Origin: Podarcis liolepis
Taxonomy: Eukaryota
Assembly: GCA_965112155.1 (NCBI GenBank)
Contig: OZ218113.1
Direction: 5' to 3' (one strand)
Length of the DNA: 64,000 nucleotides
Below are positions 1 to 11,600 of the stretch, in pieces. Below the pieces are notes generated by a model. The model saw only the letters and a list, made by a program, of their open reading frames with translations, did not search any database and was not told the origin of the DNA. Within the stretch, counting starts at the first letter, position 1, and the number at the start of each line of letters is the position of its first letter. A program made the position numbers and the translations under genes.

Positions 1-569
1 GAGCAAATTGGATTGTGGGAAGCAGGGAAAGGAGACTTCTCCCATCCTACTGAGGCTGCCAGTTGACGGGCAGATATTTAAGATGGACAAAAGGAAGAAC
101 TGTTTACAGCACAGACCACACATAGCTGGATACACATCTGCCTTCTTCATGGGTCTCCCTGCTGCTCCTCTTTTGTTGATTGTCTCCTTGGCAACCTCAC
201 CCCAGTAGCGCCCCTTGATCAGTGGCAGGAGCCAGAGGGTGCTGCTCTTCAGTTCTGCAGTCCCAAGGCAAGCGGCAAGTTGGAGCCAAATGGGTTTCTG
301 GCATGGAGGGCAAGGCAAGCAACAAGGAGGAGAGACATGCCCATGCCTGGCACGCAGGAGGTCCAGAGGTCCAGGGTTCAATCCCTACTGGCATCTCCAT
401 TTACAAAGAGGATCAGGGAGCTGCAGTAGCAGCAAGAGGTGTTGGGAAGGCCATGCCTGCCTGCCTGGTGGGTCAGTTCTGCTGGTCAGCGTGTGCAGAG
501 GCAGCAGCCTTTGACTCATCTGAGCTGGGACAGGACAGCTTCTGGGATGCTTCCTGGGTCATCCTCATG

Positions 570-960
570 CTAATAATAATAATTATACCTTTATTGTCAT
601 TGTACAACCTGTGTACAATGAAATTAAATGAGCCTCACCCCCCCAACTCTCAATCTCTTATTGAACACACCATCTCGCAAGTCAATTTTGCTATGTTATT
701 TTCCGTTCAACAGCCTAAGAGCCCACAGACAGAAGTTATTTTCTAGCCTGTTGGTACGGCTGATTATACTTCTATATCTCCTGCCTGAGGGTAGAAGATT
801 AAAGAGGTGAGGGCCAGGGTTTGAGTCATCCCTGAGAATTTTTCTCGCTCTCCTAATGCAACAATCCCTTGCAATGTCATCTAGCGGACTCAAAGGACAG
901 CCCATGATATCATGTGCTGTATTCACTACCCTCTATAGAGACTTTCTGTCCATGGCATAT
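570..960 (-). mobile_element. Rex1/Babar-type LINE 3' fragment in a ZFPL1 intron
   Basis: Minus ORF 696..926 encodes HLFNLLPSGRRYRSIISRTNRLENNF..ALRLLN, the typical C-terminus of Rex1/Babar RT ORFs. It is followed on the minus strand by an ATGACAATAAAG + (ATT)n tail at ~570-600. Confidence 0.75.
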
Positions 961-1052
961 CAGGGTTTGTAAAGTGGGTTAGGCCTTTTTCGTGGGGGTG
1001 GGTGGCCTTTTCCAACCCATCTTTATGCCATTATCCGCTTCTTTTCTGGCAG

Positions 1053-2186
1053 CCTCCTCGCCACGGAAAGTGTATGACACGCGGGAAGGCGGGGGCAGCA
1101 GGGCTTCCGAGGCTCACGTGGACTTTGACGAAGACAAGTATCGGCGGCGGCCAGCGCTTGGCTGGCTTGCCCAGCTGCTCAAGTAAGTTTGGAAGACGCT
1201 GCAGCCATTCAGAGTGGGGCTGGCCAGAGACACGGGGGCCTCCTGTTCCCATGGGGCTGATGTGGAATGTGGAAGGCTTCTATAAAGGCTGGCATGAGAA
1301 TGGTAGAGACCGCAGATACAGGAAGAGTCTGGGCTTATACTGAAGGGAGGCCGGGAAGCCTAAGTCCCAATAGGGAGGGGCAGGAAGCTGGGCTGTGGTG
1401 TGTATGCAAATGTGGGCACATACACACTCTTCTTTCTGTTTGTTTCTACCTTCAGAGAAGTACTGCCTTCACATTTTCAAACACATCATTTGGGCTATGA
1501 TGTTGTGCAGGAAGCCAAATTGAGCCTCATAGACTGAGCTCTGTTTAGCCTTGATTCCAAATATTTCTCTCTGTCTCATCATCCCTGTTCTGAATTGACT
1601 CCTTCTTGTAAAGTGGAGAGGGCTGAAATCCACCTAGCAGGCTGGGAGGCACGAGGTCTGTCTCTCGCCCCAAACTTTCCAAGCTTCCCTCCTTTACCTT
1701 TTTATTTGAGCTTATAAAATGTTTAAATCAAAATATGTTCAACCTTCCAATTGCTTTCCCCCCACCTTGGATTGTGCCACTGAAAGCAGGAACTTACTTC
1801 TTTAGCCTACTTATTAAGGAGCTCAGAAAATGCCTTGTTCCTTACTATACTGTCCCTAAGGCTTTCTTCCTCAACTGTGTCCTCACAGCAGCTCAGCTAA
1901 TGTCTAGAAGGAGCTCACAGTTCACCAGTTTGGATTTCGCCTCTTCCCTGCTTGGAAGGAGCTCTTGCTAACACTTTCTCTCCTTCCTCTTGCTGTCAGG
2001 AACCGCTTCAGCTCTAGGAAGCAGCCCCGCTCCATGATGCAGAGGTTCGTCATCCTCCTCCTAATTGGTGGAATTGGTTTCCTCACCCTTGTCATCATCA
2101 TGATGAAGGTGGGACGGGCCTCTGCCGACCACGACCCCAACTTGGACCCCAAGTTCAACCCACACATCCGGGTTGGGCAGGAGTGA
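1053..2186 (+). CDS. ZFPL1: Zinc finger protein-like 1, last two coding exons (1053..1182, 2000..2186); 5' part is outside the window
   Basis: The peptide [37 protein letters not shown] helix..[19 protein letters not shown] matches the ZFPL1 C-terminus. AG/GT boundaries keep phase, and the gene is syntenic with TMEM262 and VPS51. Confidence 0.95.
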
Positions 2187-3901
2187 GTGGGGGGGCAGCC
2201 TCTTCCCTGCTGGGCTCCCTTCTCTGTTCTGGGCTCCCCTGCCCACTGCTGGAGAAAGTTGGACTGAGGAGAGTCCTAGAATAGCTCTTTGGTTGCAATC
2301 TCAGCCCCTCCCAGGAAGAAGCAGGTGACCACAGCCACTCCTGACAGCTTGGACAAAGAGACTCTGGTGATGGAGTCGCCCTCTTCCTTCTGTCTTCTGC
2401 AAACTCAAGCTGGAGCTGGGAACTCTTTTTGCATTTTTGGGGGGCCCCAGAGAGCACCCCACCCCTTTCCTGCTGCATCCAAATGCCGGGATGGTCACAG
2501 GTGGGAGAGGCTCGTTTTTCCTGGGCCTCTCCCCATGACACTACAGAGAGGAATAACAGTTCAGTGGTCTGCATCTACTTTTTCTGACTACCACTCAATG
2601 GAGTACCCCCAGTCTTCCTCCGTTCACTGATGTGAAATGACAGCTGCTGAGTCAGCAGAGGAGCTCTCTCGCTCCCCCCCCCCATCACACACACACACCA
2701 ACCCCCAAAGTTTCATTGGCTTTCTTTTTACCAAAGTTAAAAGCCCAACCTCTTCGCTCTTTTGTTTTTCTCAGCTTTGATGTTCATAAAGGAACTATGG
2801 AAACCAAGCACTCCCCACGCACCCCTGCTCCCTCCCAGTGCCCTGTAACAGTGTCGGTAAAAGAGTGGGACCAAGTGGGGGTGGGGAGGAGTTTCCTCCC
2901 TTTGCCCAATTTGGGGTGGGAGGGGGTTTCAGTAATAGGCTTCTGCTGCTTCAGACCCGCCTCGGTCCTTTGCTGTGGGCTACCTGAATTCCATGAACAT
3001 AGGGAAGCCCTACTTGGATCTCCTTTTGGTCCTGGCAGGGCTGGTGCGTGGGGGCCCAAGCACTTTACCTAAGGCAGTTGTTTTTCCAGCACAAGGGTCT
3101 GCACCATCCCCGATAGCTTTCCTTAGCACAGCTGTAGCTCCAAGGAGCAGGTGCCTGCTTCTTGCACAGCCCATCTTTGCCCTGCCAAGTGTGCACCTCT
3201 CAACAGGGCGTTTGCAGCTGGGGAGAGCACTAGGGAGGAGGGAGCAGAATCCCCCTTACCACAATACTCTGGCAGTAATAGAGACATGGATAAATGGCTC
3301 ATTGTCAGCTCAGCAGAACGCTGAAATAGCAGAAATCTAACTGAAAGCTGGCAGCACAAGTGGGGTTTGTTTTTCCTGCTTTAACAATGCAGTGGCTGGG
3401 ATCGTGGGTTCCATGTTAAGTTTATTGTGGCAGATGTGATGCCTGTGTACCATTATATAAAGGACTGAGTTGGCCTTGCAATCCCAAGCACCATCTCTCT
3501 CTGCTCATCCACCCCCCAGATCTCATGCTGCAAGGCTGGTAGCAGCTGGGTGATCCTCAGACCCTGCTCTTCAACTGAGAGGTGCTGGCCCCATTCATAG
3601 CAGTTTGGAAAGGGAGTGGGGCACACAAGCCTTCCCATGATCCCTTGCAGCAAGGAAAGGTTATTTGGAGGTGTCTGACTGGCATTGCCCCAGCAACGTG
3701 ACTGTGTGGCTCACTGACCACCTCAATTCTCTCTTGGTGAAAATACAAGACTTTATTACACCTGAAGCAATAGACCTGTTTGTTTGTTGGTGTTCCATTA
3801 AACTCTCTTGGTTAACCCGAAACTGTATTTGCTCCCTCCCTTCTTCCTTGGAGGCAAACTGGAACAAGCCTGGGGAGTGCCTCCCCTTTGAGAATCGCTG
3901 C

Positions 3902-6900
3902 TTAGTACTGTTCCTCTCTGTAATCAATGGTGGCATAGTCCATGGTGAAGCGGGCAAGGAAGGCGGCAAAGTTCAGGGCTGGGCAGAAAGGAGAGGAAGG
4001 CATCAGTAATCATTTCAGTACAAACACTGCTTTTTCCCAATTGAAAGATGGACACCTGAAGTCTGACATCCTCCACACAACCTAGGCCGATGAGTTCTTT
4101 CACAGTTCCTTGTGTGCTACAGACATGCAGGCCCATTGGGAATGTAGCGCTAAACCATGGTTTAGCTCTATGGTAATAAGCCATGGGCTTGCATATTTCC
4201 CCTTTCCCTCTCCGCTGGCATGGCTCCCATGAGGAAATTCGAAGTACCCACTTTCAAACTATTTAGAATTCCTTGCTGCTTCTCAGTTTGGCGGAACTCT
4301 GGTTAGCTTAAACTGTAACCTGAGAAGCTGCCTCATACAGAGTTAGGCCATTGATCCACCCAGCTGAGTACTGTCCCCACTCCACTGATTTGTAATAGCT
4401 CTCCAGGGTTTCAGATGTGGGACTTTCCCAGCCCTACACAGAGATGCTTCCGAGGACTGAACCTGTAACCTTCTGCATGCGAGGCAGATGCCCTGACACT
4501 GAGCTGCAGCCCTCTCCTGGTTTGTTAATAAGCCAGGACCACAAACCAACAACTTGATAGTGGCAGCACCATAAACCATGGCTTTGATCCTACATTTCAA
4601 AGCAAAAGCTTCCAGTCTCTTCACTGCTTTGGCAGAGGAGACTCGTTCACAAACCACTAACATCATGTGGAAAAGTACGTTGTGGCAGGGGAGCTGAAAG
4701 CGCTGATGGAAAAAAGTGACTCCACTTCTCCAACACACAATGGGGGTGGGAGGGACCCACTGCTTTGAAGCAAGCAAGTTTATGCGTTTCTGGGTATGAC
4801 AAAATGTGGAATGGCTGATAGCAGCCTGGGAGGTCAGGGGAAGCCCTCACAGAAGTTGAGCCATTCAGTATGGAGTTTGGGCTAGAGGACTGGGTCTTAT
4901 GTCTGGGAAGCATCAGGGAAAACCTTGCTACCCCAGGGCCAGAGTTGGCTTCTGCTGTGACATGAGGCGGCACCTTCTCCTTTGCAGCAAATGTGACATT
5001 CCTAACTGGGCCCACCTCTTTCCACCACCAATAATCCCAGCTGAAGGCCCATCCCTCTAAGCTCTAGCCACACTCCTCCTCCTCTCAGGGTTGGGTTCTT
5101 TTGGAGGTGGCTGTTCCGACTTGGAGATGGGGACACTGTGAGTGGATTCCTTTTGTCCTGGTTCAGTGGCTAGAGCTGGGGCAGGTTTTCCAGTGTGCAT
5201 TTTTCTATGAGCTCTGTCTCATGAGCTTATTAGTAGAAATCAACAGGTGCCAGTAAGTATTAAGCACCCGTGGACGATTTTAGTGTTTTTTGCTTTGTTT
5301 ACTAAATAAAAGCAAAATAAACCTGCTAAGTTAGATCACTTTTTAGAGCCTCATAAAACATTATGATGGCAAAATAATAATAAAAACCCTGCTCTATGGA
5401 AATTGCCCTAATTTGCACAAAGGATTCCAATGCAATCTTTCCCAGAAAGCTCACATCACTGGGCTTGAAGGGAGCCCCAGAATATGTGGTGGGTCCCCAT
5501 CCCTCTAGTTCCCCAACTTGCCTTACCGAAAGATGTCATGGCAATGTACATCAGCACATCGTCGTCTGCTTGTAAAGTGTAGATCGCTGCCAGCAGTGCC
5601 CAGTAGAAGCTGGTTGTATGTGAGGACTGCAGAAAACAAACAGAAGGAGCAGAAGTGATTTGTCTTCAATGATGGAAAAGTGGGAGAGGGGAATCATCTC
5701 TATACTCTGATGCACTTCTCTCTGGGGGATTAAGATGGAAGGGGGCAAATGGGACACTTTTCCAGATGCTTATTGCAAACACCACTACATTTGTGGAAAA
5801 GTTAGCTTAGAATCCTAGACCACATACCCCAAATCTCTCCACATCCATTTAATCTGGAGTGAGTCTCAGTATGCTGGTCATATTCAAGATTTTTTTTCAT
5901 TAATTTAGAGTCAAGGTTAACCTTCCTGGTTTTCTATTTGCAATGCTGAATGCAGATTCAGCAGTGCATAAAATTAAGTGCACCCATGACCACCAAGTCA
6001 GGATGTTTGCAACAGAGACAGGTAGAAGGAAGGGCGAGACCTACAGTGGGTGACTGGCAATATTTTATGTATTTATTTTCTTAGCACTATTTTTATATAC
6101 TGCCCAATAACAATAGAAACATTTAAGATATAAATAGTAAAGGCAAGAATATATAATGAAGAGTAACAAAATGCCACCAACAGAATTAAAAACATCAACC
6201 TCAAACTCAAGTAACACTAAGAATATTTTAAAACAGTTTTCAGGATTTAATTTTTGAAAGAAAGAGTTGATGGTGCTGGAAATACGACAAAGGAGCTTGT
6301 CTGTTTTGGCAGAGCAGTCTACAACTGAAGTGCTATCACTTCTAACTGACCATCTTATCCTCGAATTTGTCTTGTCCCCTTTTAAAACTGTCCAGGTGTG
6401 TGCCATCACCTACATCTTACGGTAGTTAATTCTCTCATTCACCCGTAACATGAGAGCCAGTGTGGTGTACTGGCTAGAGTGCTGGACTAGAACCCTGGAG
6501 GCCAGGGTTCAAATCCCCCCTCAGCCAGTCACTTCCTCTCAGTCTAATCTACCTCACAAGATTGTTATGGGGGTTAAATGGCAAGAAGGAGAAGTGTGGA
6601 TGCTACCCTGAGCTCCTGGGCTTCTCTTATTCAGTCTTCACTGGATGATCCCACTGGGTTCTTGTATTGGTTCTGTCCACTTTCTCTACATCATGTACAA
6701 TTTGACACACCTCTATCATGTCCCTCTTCAGTGCTTTTAAACCTAAACTAAAAAAACTCAAGCATAGTGACCTTTCCTCCTAGGGGAGTTGCTGCACGCC
6801 CCTGATCATTTAAGTTGCCCTACTCCACCTCTACAACAACCTTTTTGATAAACAGTGACACTTGAGATTTGAAAACACAAATTAATGCCAATTATTTATG

Positions 6901-7254
6901 AAGGGACAGTGTGTCAATGTCCATCCTGATGGGTTTGGTACTTATGCACCAGAACTCATCCATTTTCTACATTCACAAGCACCACCAGGGAGTTTTTCTT
7001 GTGTAAGCCTCTTTGAAATGACTGCCTGCAAAATAGAGGAAATGTGTGAGAGAGAAAGGGAGAGAGAGAGAGCTTTTTACCAATAGCACTACGGTAAAAT
7101 GGAAGCTCATGAGGTCCCCCCTTTGGGAGACGAAGAAGTGATACAGGTCACCAATGAGAACACCTGTGTGAATGATGAGCATAAGGATAGAGCCAATGGT
7201 GTAGATGACTTTGCTTGGGAAGGTGATAGTTATGAATGGATCCTTCCAGCTCAT
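3902..7254 (-). CDS. TMEM262: TMEM262 / CatSper auxiliary subunit eta, 116 aa; exons 7254-7081, 5626-5527, 3978-3902
   Basis: Spliced product MSWKDPFITITFPSKVIYTIGSILMLIIHTGVLIGDLYHFFVSQRGDLMSFHFTVVLL/SSHTTSFYWALLAAIYTLQADDDVLMYIAMTSF/ALNFAAFLARFTMDYATIDYREEQY*. Exons total 174+100+77=351 nt with canonical GT-AG introns. It has three hydrophobic helices, the motifs MSFHxTVVL and IxYREE, and the syntenic position. Confidence 0.9.
6455..6620 (+). mobile_element. tRNA-derived squamate SINE (Squam3-like)
   Basis: A-box-like GTGGTGTACTGG and B-box GGTTCAAATCCC, followed by a cctcacaag..gttatg..ccctgagctcc body. Related copies lie at ~10805, ~14055, ~20845 and ~27945. Boundaries are approximate. 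Confidence 0.6.
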
Positions 7255-7849
7255 CCTCTCTATGCCCCTCTGCAGTTGGCTGCTTCATTGATTTAGAACC
7301 CTGAGGAAGGCAAAGCACATTCAGACAGCCCAGCCTCTGACAGATGCAGATCCTGGCCTGCTGAAGTCATAGAGACCCAGAGGTTCCAGAACTCTTGGCC
7401 TGGGAAAAGGCAGCCACGGGCAAGAGAGTGCTGGGGTGCAGCAAGGTCCCTTTGGAAAGCCAAGTTGAGGAAGAATAAGGAAGAGGGGCTGGGCAACCTT
7501 GCAAAGTCCCAGGAAGCTGGAATCCTTGACCCTAGCAAACTCTCAGCATGCCAGGCTGCTTTCCTCAAGCCTCACTTTCCAGAAGACGGGCAGAACCTTC
7601 CTCCAGATCATACAATGCGGGGTGGGTCTCTGGCACTAGGGCAGCCTGACCCCTAACCCTTTTGTGACCAGGCAGCACCTCCTCTTCCCCTCCCTCCATG
7701 CACAGAAGCCGAGATCTGACTTCAATGTACCTGCCTCAGTGCCCCTGGGGGAGGTTAGTTCCCTTGGGGGAGAATGAAGAGTATGCTCCTAAAGGGGGGG
7801 ACCCCGAGACCCTGCCAGCCCCCCTTCCGAGTCCTGTTCAGTGGAGGGG

Positions 7850-8600
7850 GGGCCTCCCGGGGGGCGAGAGAAGCGTTTTCAAGGGGTTGTCCCTGTGCTG
7901 CTAGGCTGGGCGCGCCCCGTGTGCCTCAGGGGGTGTGGGGGTTTTTTTGGGGGGGGGAGGCTCCCTCCTCTTTTCCACGGGCCGGCTTGGGAAGCCGCCG
8001 AGCGCTGACAACGTCGCCAGGCAGCGGCAGGGTTGCTTTTTTTCCTTAAGCAGCTGCAGCAGCTGGAGGAAGAGCCGGAAGCGGAAGCGCTTCAACAAAA
8101 CTTTATTGAGCGTCCGGTCTCCATAGAGACGGGAAGGCCTTCCCTGGGCCCGGTCGCAACAAAACTTTATTGTTCCCGGAAGTGGAAGTTGTTGCCGTTG
8201 ACCGGTGCCGCCCTCCCCTCTCCGGTCTCCCCATCCTCCCCCCAACCCCCACCCCACGGCCAAACACGCACTCATACGCAGCGGGTCATGTCGGCGCCTC
8301 AGGCGGAGCGGGGCCCCGAGGGCGCGGGCGGCAAGCGGAGGCCGCACGGGATGCTGAAGCTCTACTACGGGCTGCCGGACCCGTCTGGGGAGGCCTTGGC
8401 GGGACCGGCCAGGGGGGATCTCGGGGGCCCCATCGACATCAACGGCCCCCACTTCGACCCGGAAGTCTTCCTCACCAAGGTGAGGGGGGGGCACGGACGG
8501 GCAGATACACTCTCCGCGCCTAGCAACACCCTGCCCAGTGGCGAGGTCTCCATGGCAACCCTCCCTGGGCTGGCTCCACCGTCCCGTCTCGAGCTGGCCC
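7850..8600. promoter_or_regulatory. CpG-island head-to-head promoter for TMEM262 and VPS51
   Basis: CpG-rich stretch with ETS/GABP-type motifs CCGGAAGCGGAAG (~8075-8087) and CCGGAAGTGGAAGT (~8176-8189), and an RFX X-box GTCTCCATGGCAAC at 8546-8559. Confidence 0.75.
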
Positions 8601-11600
8601 GTCCCAAAACTCACTTGTTCCGGGAAATGCTGCTTTGCTTTCCCAAAACGCTGAGCACCTTGAGCTGAGTGTCTCTGGGCATGAGCAGAGTGCCTTTTGC
8701 CTCGAAGGGTTAGCATGTTCACAGATCCAGATTTCACTCCACGCAAAAGATCGCAGGGTTCCTCATGGTGAAGAAGGCAGTCTGCTATTACTGAAGCATT
8801 GGACCTGAGAACAGAGTGCCTCTGGTAATCTGCAGCGTGCCATCTCCAAAGGATGCCAGACCTGGTCTTGTGTTGTGGTAAAGAGACTAAGCTATGAATT
8901 AGCAAATCCATAAGAGAATAAGGAGAGCATAAGGCCACTGGTCCATCTAGTCCTATTCTCACAGTGGCCAACCAAAGGGAAGCCCCCAAGCAGGTTCTGG
9001 GCTGATAGGCTTATCCTCCCCTGTTTTGGCTCTCACTTCCACCCTGAATTCACTATGAGCCCGGTTTTTGAACCGGGAAGGGCAGGGTATAAATAAAAAG
9101 TTTATTATTATTTATTATTATGTGTTCCTTGGTGTTGGCAAGCCACTCCCTCAGCCTCTGTCTCACCAACTGCAATATTGGGGAGTAAAAAAAATAATAA
9201 TCTCCTTTTAAAAAAATGAATAACCCAAACAAGCATGCATAACGGTAGTGTGTTGCATTTCACTTGCAGCAGCTCAGTCACCTATTGACCTGCCTTATCC
9301 AGAAGTCAGACTCTTGCTCTGTTTAGCCCAGATCTTAGCCCTGCAGCCGGTGATCCTTTTGAACCTAAGGCCTTCTGTACACAAAGCAAGGGCTCAATGA
9401 TTAAACGGGGGTGGGGGGGGGCGGAGGAGTGTTCACAAGGATAGCCAGAGGAGCATTGGCCAAGTTCAGTTTGCTGCTGACAGTACCCATCTCTGTTGTG
9501 TGTGACAGCTGCGAAAAGAATGCCCCCTGGCCCAGCTGATGGACTGCGAGACAGACATGGTGAAGCAGATCCGATCCTTGGACAGTGACATGCAGACTCT
9601 GGTCTATGAAAATTACAACAAATTCATTTCGGCAACAGGTAACTGGAAGGCTTGGCGGGAGGGGGGGGGGCGCGGTGAGGTCCTGGAAAAGTTATATTTG
9701 TGGTTCACCTCCCTCTTCCAGTTTATTATTATTTAGATCAGGTGTGGGAAACCTGCAACCCACAGAACTTCCCCACCCAGCCCTCAGCTTCCTCCCCATC
9801 TCAGCCCCACCCTCTGCGCAGCCAATCAGCTTAAACAGACAGCTTCTGTTAGTGCCAATGGAAGAAAATGCTTTTGAAGCAGACTCTTCCTAACGTTCTC
9901 ACGTTCCATTCTTCAGACACAATCCGTAAGATGAAGAATGACTTCAAGAAGATGGAGGATGAGATGGACTGCTTGGCAGCAAACATGGCCGTCATCACAG
10001 AGTTCAGTGCAAGCATCAGCAGCACCTTGCAGGATCAACATGAGCAGATCACCAAACTATCCGGTGCGATACCACTTCTCTGATTGCTGCTAGTGTGCGA
10101 CAAGGGTGTCAGGAGCCCATTGGAGCTGATGCAAAGATGGCTGGGGAGGGCACCAGTTCAGTGGCAGAACATCCACTTTGCATGTCGGAGGCTACCTGTT
10201 TAATCCCTAGCATCTCCAGGAGGAGCTTGTTGAGTGCTGGAAGGTGGGGTGGCACCAGTTGGGGTTTGGGGCTGCAAAGCAGTTTGCCTGCCCTGCTCTG
10301 ACTTCCTCCCTCTCTCTTGACCCCAGGTGTTCATGCGCTCCTACGCAAGCTGCAGTTCCTGTTTGAGCTGCCGGCCCGCCTGACCAAATGTGTGGAGATG
10401 GAGGCCTACGGGCAGGCTGTGCGATACTACAGCAAGGCCCGCTCCATCCTCCACCAGTACCAACATATGCCTTCCTTCCGGGGCATCCAGGATGACTGCC
10501 AGAAGATCATGGCTGACCTCGCTCAGAAGCTGCGTGAGAAATTCAGGTAGGCAACAGAGGACATCAGGGGAGCTGTTGCACTTGACTGTTTGCTACAAAT
10601 GGGGCTGTGTTTGGGGAGGTCTTGGGGACTGAAGCAGTGGAGGCTGTGAGCCAGAAGACTTGGCAAAGAAGGGTGGCTGCTCTGTGATTCTGTGTGCATA
10701 TTTAGATTAGCTTAACTGATATGGTTTCCTTTCGAGGAATCCTGAGGTTGGAGAGGATTCCCCAGAGCCCTACAGTTCCCTGGGGGGAAGAGAATGGCTG
10801 CAGGGAGCCAATGTGGTGCCATAGTTGGAGTGCCTAATGAGGAGCTGGGGTTCAGGTACACCACCACCCTGCTCAATGCAGCCCTGAAGCATGCTGGGCA
10901 TACTGACCCCCCTCACTATCTCTCAGCCTAACCTGCCTTGTAGGATCGTTCTGCATTTATGAAATTTCTGGGGGGAAATCTTCTGTGTCGCCCAGGACTC
11001 TTGGGAGGAAGGGTGGAATGAAAATGTCACTTAAGAGGAGGAGCCAGTTTAAAATCTGCAGCTCAGCCCTCAGAGCCTTCCTTCCTGTCTCCTCAGGGAT
11101 GGGGGCTCTTGCGCCAAGGACTTAGCGGAGTGTGTGGAGCTGCTGCTGCAGCTGGGCGAGCCCGCCGAGGAGCTGTGCGACGAGTTCCTCTCTCATGCCT
11201 GCTGCCGCCTGGAAGCTGAGCTGCGAGCCCTGGAGGCGGAGCTGGGCGAGGGGCAGCTGGCCACCCCGGCCACCGACATCCTGGAGTTCACCGACCGTGG
11301 CTGCAACAACTTTGTCAGCAACATGTGCCTGGTGATTGCCTCATACCAAGAGCTGTTTGTCAGCCGGGAGGGGGCCCGTGAGATTGCCAGCATGGCCCAC
11401 GACAAGCTGGTGGCCTTTGTGGACGGCCTGATGGAGCGCTACTTTGCCCTGGTGGAGAGGCGCATCCAGCTGGAGCGGGGCGTGGGCGATAACTCCCTGC
11501 TGGTGCGGGCCCTGGACCGCTTCCACCGCCGCTTGCAGGCTTTGGTCAAGCTCTTGCCCGCCTCGCGGTCAGCGGCGGAGGGCACAGAAATCGTGGTGCG

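Noticed and set aside
7901-8989. 362-aa minus-strand ORF over the VPS51 promoter
   Set aside because: Non-ATG start in a GC-rich CpG island, antisense to VPS51 exon 1, with no recognisable domain.
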